Shown: positions 58,557 through 64,000 of the stretch, one piece after another
How the letters are laid out: each line of letters begins with the position of its first letter
Position numbering within the stretch: position 1 is the first letter of the stretch
Assembly (NCBI GenBank): GCA_031835245.2
Contig: JAVKOQ020000002.1
Span: 496,001-560,000, forward strand
Source: Balamuthia mandrillaris
Taxonomy: Eukaryota
DNA length: 64,000 nucleotides
Reading direction: 5' to 3'
Translations under genes and position numbers: made by a program
Notes under the pieces: model-generated
Told to the model about the DNA's origin: nothing
Databases searched by the model: none
The model's input: the letters and a program-made list of their open reading frames with translations, nothing else

Positions 58557-60622
58557 AACGACAAGAAAGAAAGAAAGAAACGACAAGAAAGAAAGAAAGG
58601 AGTGTAGAAAACCTAAATCTATAAACTGTTTACACTCGTCGAAATGTTGCGATATATTATACCCATCGGTGTCCTCTGCGGGGACAACCTTGTACTTCAA
58701 TTTCTGGTCGACAAAAGAAAAACGTGAGCTCGTTTCCGTCAAACAACAAAAGAACGAAAAAAAAAACTTACCTTTGGGAAAGGAGGTTGACTGCACTGGC
58801 TGGCCACAGAAAGTACGTGCGTGATGCCTCTCTTCCGCAGTGCCAACCAATTCGAGGCGGCCCCACTAGACCCCAAAAACAGGTTCGGCAGTATTTCGTC
58901 GGGGATATCCCAATAGAATGCGTTGTAATGGCCTGACCGCCCCATCACCATCAGCTCATCATCAATATCCACGATCAAGTTGTTTCGAAGGTCCAACTAT
59001 GAAATGAAGAGATGAGACAGAAAGAAGGAAACAAAAGGAGAAGCAGAAAAGGAGGACAAACAAGAAAGAAATGGAAAGAGAGAGGCGAAGAGAGAACGAG
59101 AACTAGAGAAGCATAGAGATAGGGAGAGAGATAGAGAGATGTGTTCAATTACAATCTTCAAGTTCTGTAGTTGAGTCAAATGGCGAGGAACCTGTTGGAT
59201 TTTGTTTCCACTGAGATGAAGCTTCTGCAGCGTGGTTACTTGGCACAGCTCCTATTTTATCGCACCAAACGTTAAAGACAAGAAGGTAAGGATATACGAG
59301 CGCTGTACTCCTGTTCTCTTCTCATCTCTTCTTTCTCTTTTGTAACAAAATGAGGTACCTCCGGTATGAAAGATAGGGCGTTGTTTTGGGCGTAGAGAAC
59401 GGATAGAGAAGAAAGAAGGTCCAGCGAAGGGGGCAATGCAGTCAGGCGATTGTCCGAAAGATTGAGGGAAACCAAGCAACTCCTGAGACAGAAGCAAAAA
59501 GTTCCAGGCAGAGCTTCGATGCGATTGAAGCTCAGGTCAAGGCTCTCGAGGTTGGTAACATTCCGAAAGAAATTTTTCTGATAGTTGCTTAAGAGACCGT
59601 TTCTTTGCTTTGTATTACTGTTCGTCTTTTCTTCTCCTTCTCTATATGACTCGATTTTATCATCACCATCACCGTTGTGCATAGTAGAATGAGAAGGTGT
59701 AGAAGTAGACGGAAAGAGTTGTAAAGCGTTCTTTGCCAACATCAACCGTTTCAAGCTGCGAAATCCGTGAAAAGTGAATCCTTCCTCTTCCGCTGCCAAC
59801 GTTCCTTCATCAGCTCCGTGATTTTCGTCATCCTTCTCCTGTCTCAAACTCGCCCATGAAGAAGCAGTGCATGAAAGCAAGCAAAGCTTATTGTCGTAGA
59901 GACCCAACACCTGCAAACCATCCTTCAAGCCAACCATCATGGTGGCAGGCAACCTTCTTAGCCGGTTGCCCGACAGCTCCAGCTCTCTTAGCTGCTTCAT
60001 GTGCAGCCAACACCGCTCCGGCAGCCGTTGCAAGGCATTAAAGCCAACGTTCAAGTTGGTCAACGCCGTCAGCCGATCCATCTCCGGCAGCTCCGTCAAA
60101 GCGTTGTAGCTGAGGGTGAGGCTCTGCAGCCGGTCGAGAGAGTTGAGGCCCTCTTCCGAGAGAGCGGTGAGCCGGTTGCCGCTGAGGTTCAGCCGGGTGA
60201 GCGAGTGTTGCAGCCGGGCCACTTGAGCGGGCAGCGAGGCGAGGCGGTTGTGAGAGAGGTCCAGATCCGTCAAATGTGTCAGGGAGTCGAAGAGGGAGAG
60301 CGGCACGCGGTCGAGAGTGGAGGAGATGAAACGAAAGGAAAGCAGGGCGGAAGCCTTCAAAAGGGAGAAAAAGAGGTTCAGTAAGCAACAGTTCAAAAGG
60401 AAAAAAAAAAACACTAAAGATGACAACCTTTTCTTCAGCGGAGGGAGAGGAGGAGAGCTGCTGTTGTCGTCCTTCCTGTTCGGCCACCCATGCTTCAGCC
60501 GCTGCTCGGAGCTGTTCGCTGAACTTTTTCCAATCCTTTTCGGTGGTTCTTCCCCTCTCATTCTCTTGACCTCCTGTTTCTGCCCCCGCTGCTGCCTCCA
60601 GCCCAGTTTGAGCGTTCCCCAT
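57901..60622 (-). CDS. LRR-containing dual-specificity (MAPK) phosphatase with a possible N-myristoylation signal (MGNAQT)
   Basis: Many LxxLxLxxN repeats; PDEILPNLFLGS; a small exon near 58234-58267 restores RVLVHC|VQGRSRS; AYLM..KPNPHF. Confidence 0.88.
58295..58598. repeat. (AAGA)n intronic microsatellite
   Basis: Seen directly. Confidence 0.95.
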
Positions 60623-60698
60623 TGCTGTTCCCCTTTTCTCCTCCTCCTCGTCTCCGTTCTTACGTCCTTTTCTCTCTTTGTCTTGGCTTAATAAGTCG

Positions 60699-60755
60699 TT
60701 TCGTGTCGTCACGAATTTCTCACGACGACACGGGAATACCCGTGACGACACGAAA
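60699..60755. repeat. Perfect 15-bp inverted repeat with a 27-nt spacer
   Basis: tttcgtgtcgtcacg (60699-60713) and cgtgacgacacgaaa (60741-60755). Confidence 0.85.
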
Positions 60756-60806
60756 AATTGTATCGGGACGACATGAACAATTTTTTACACATCTCGTGAC
60801 GAAGAA

Positions 60807-62684
<1,878 letters not shown>

Positions 62685-63678
62685 TCCTCCTGTTATTCTT
62701 GCTGACCTTTTTGCTGTAACGCTCTACCAATAGAATAGAAACGAAAGGGGGGCCTTCACCACCCTGCAAAGGTGAACCCATAGACATTCCTTGTACCTAT
62801 CCGAAGCGTACAAAATAAAAGAAATGCGTCGGCAAAAATTAGAATTCAATATTCCCAATATGGGTGAAAAGAAATGGCAAGGGAAAAAGGGGGAGCAAAG
62901 TTGTCCCTGCGCTTCCCTGCTAATAAATGCGAGGAACATTAGTGTCGACAAGGACGGCTGCCAAACCTAACCATTGCGCGTTGGTCATATTTCTATGAGA
63001 AAACGACATGGAGAATGGGCAACCCAACAGCGAAACAAAAGCGTGTGGCCAAGTGGGGGCCTCGTTTCCCGATGATCCCACACAACCGGGAGAGGAGAAG
63101 GGAGCCGCCTTCGCGCTACCTTGAGGCACGGAGGGCAGCAGAACGAAACGCTAGAGGATCCTCTCCATCTCTCCTCGTTTTTTGGAACTGACCCCATCCG
63201 CCAAGGGTGCTGCCCACACCTTCCAACAGGTTATGGGCCACTGCAAAGAAACAAGATTGCGTGATAACCATGGAGGTAGTGTTAATGTGAAGGATACATC
63301 TCGGCTGATGATGACTCTGTTAGTTATGGGAAGGAGGAAGGGGCACCTCAGAAGAAAAGACCTGTCTCATAAAAAATCCAAACCCTGCCGGGGGCTGGCA
63401 CACGCTTTCTTTCGTTAGAGCTGGTTCATTCTGCAAGCCTTTCTTCCTCCTCTTCTTTGAATTGAATGATGGTGGTTGGTATGCTCTCCTCCAAGGGCTG
63501 CCTCAGCTCTTCCTTCAGCTGGGAGTCCGGGCTTGGAATGTAAGTAGCTCTTGGGCAGGCTTTTGCCCCAAAGCTTCTGCTTGTCGCAATCTATAACTCG
63601 GGAGAACTGCATGTGGGAAGGCAAACATCTCGCCTGGACCTCCTCCTCCAAAGACCTTTTGCCACACCGAACGAACGA

Positions 63679-63716
<38 letters not shown>

Positions 63717-63774
63717 GGGCTGGCTCAAGAGAGGGACATCAAAATTTTTATTTACGACAAGAGCAAGCACAAAG

Positions 63775-64000
63775 ATGGAAGAAACGACGACCCAAGAGAC
63801 GTCGGCGGTGAGTGCCACCCTCTACGACCCGGAGCACCTCCGCCAACCGCAGACCGTCACGCTGGTCGGGGCGTTCCCCCACCAGGTGGCCGGGCACGGC
63901 GCCATCCTCAAGGCCAAAGGGCACAAGATTTGTAAACCGTTGTCCCCAAGGGAGGCATGGTTCTACCAAACCCTCAACAAGAGGCAGCCTTCTTCCTCTT
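63775..64000 (+). CDS. Inositol polyphosphate kinase (IP6K/IPMK family) N-terminus, truncated by the window end
   Basis: MEETTTQ...AFPHQVAGHGAILKAKGHKICKPLSPREAWFYQTL matches the HQVGGH..CKP..RE..FY motif. Absent from the ORF track. Confidence 0.8.
   Translation, partial: MEETTTQETSAVSATLYDPEHLRQPQTVTLVGAFPHQVAGHGAILKAKGHKICKPLSPREAWFYQTLNKRQPSSS

Noticed and set aside
58178..58850. KKER and FFLS repeat ORFs
   Set aside because: Translations of the (AAGA)n intronic microsatellite.

Overview
This is a gene-dense, intron-rich eukaryotic nuclear segment with short GT-AG introns that often carry pyrimidine microsatellites. Gene content and style suggest a free-living amoebozoan (Acanthamoeba/Balamuthia-like), but that is an inference. 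About 26 protein-coding genes were rebuilt by hand-splicing, because the ORF track fragments them. They include a KCTD-BTB/SEL1 protein, LIN54, a TPR membrane protein, a ~2000-aa surface protein, a thiamine-binding protein, CHMP2/VPS2, SPT4, a VTI1-like SNARE, DOT1, Ras, a rhomboid, LIN9/ALY, an FG-GAP receptor kinase, COX10, serine dehydratase, an ATC-hydrolase-family protein, sedolisin, an LRR-DSP phosphatase, a cystathionine synthase/lyase and a truncated IP kinase. The strongest candidate for a new system is a pair of paralogous F-box-Ras fusions. In both, K16/S17/T35/D57 are replaced identically (GPGGCGRN, DPVI, VTxGQ) while NKxD and CaaX are kept, so they look like membrane-anchored pseudo-GTPase SCF adaptors resembling dominant-negative Ras. 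Other highlights are a CRIB-C2-permuted papain enzyme, a DOT1-chromodomain fusion, small Duo1-like and TEX12-like orphans, several bacterial- or plastid-type domains, and a promoter-enriched TGTCGACA palindrome. All family assignments come from motif recognition; no searches were run. No rRNA, tRNA, CRISPR or intact transposon was seen.
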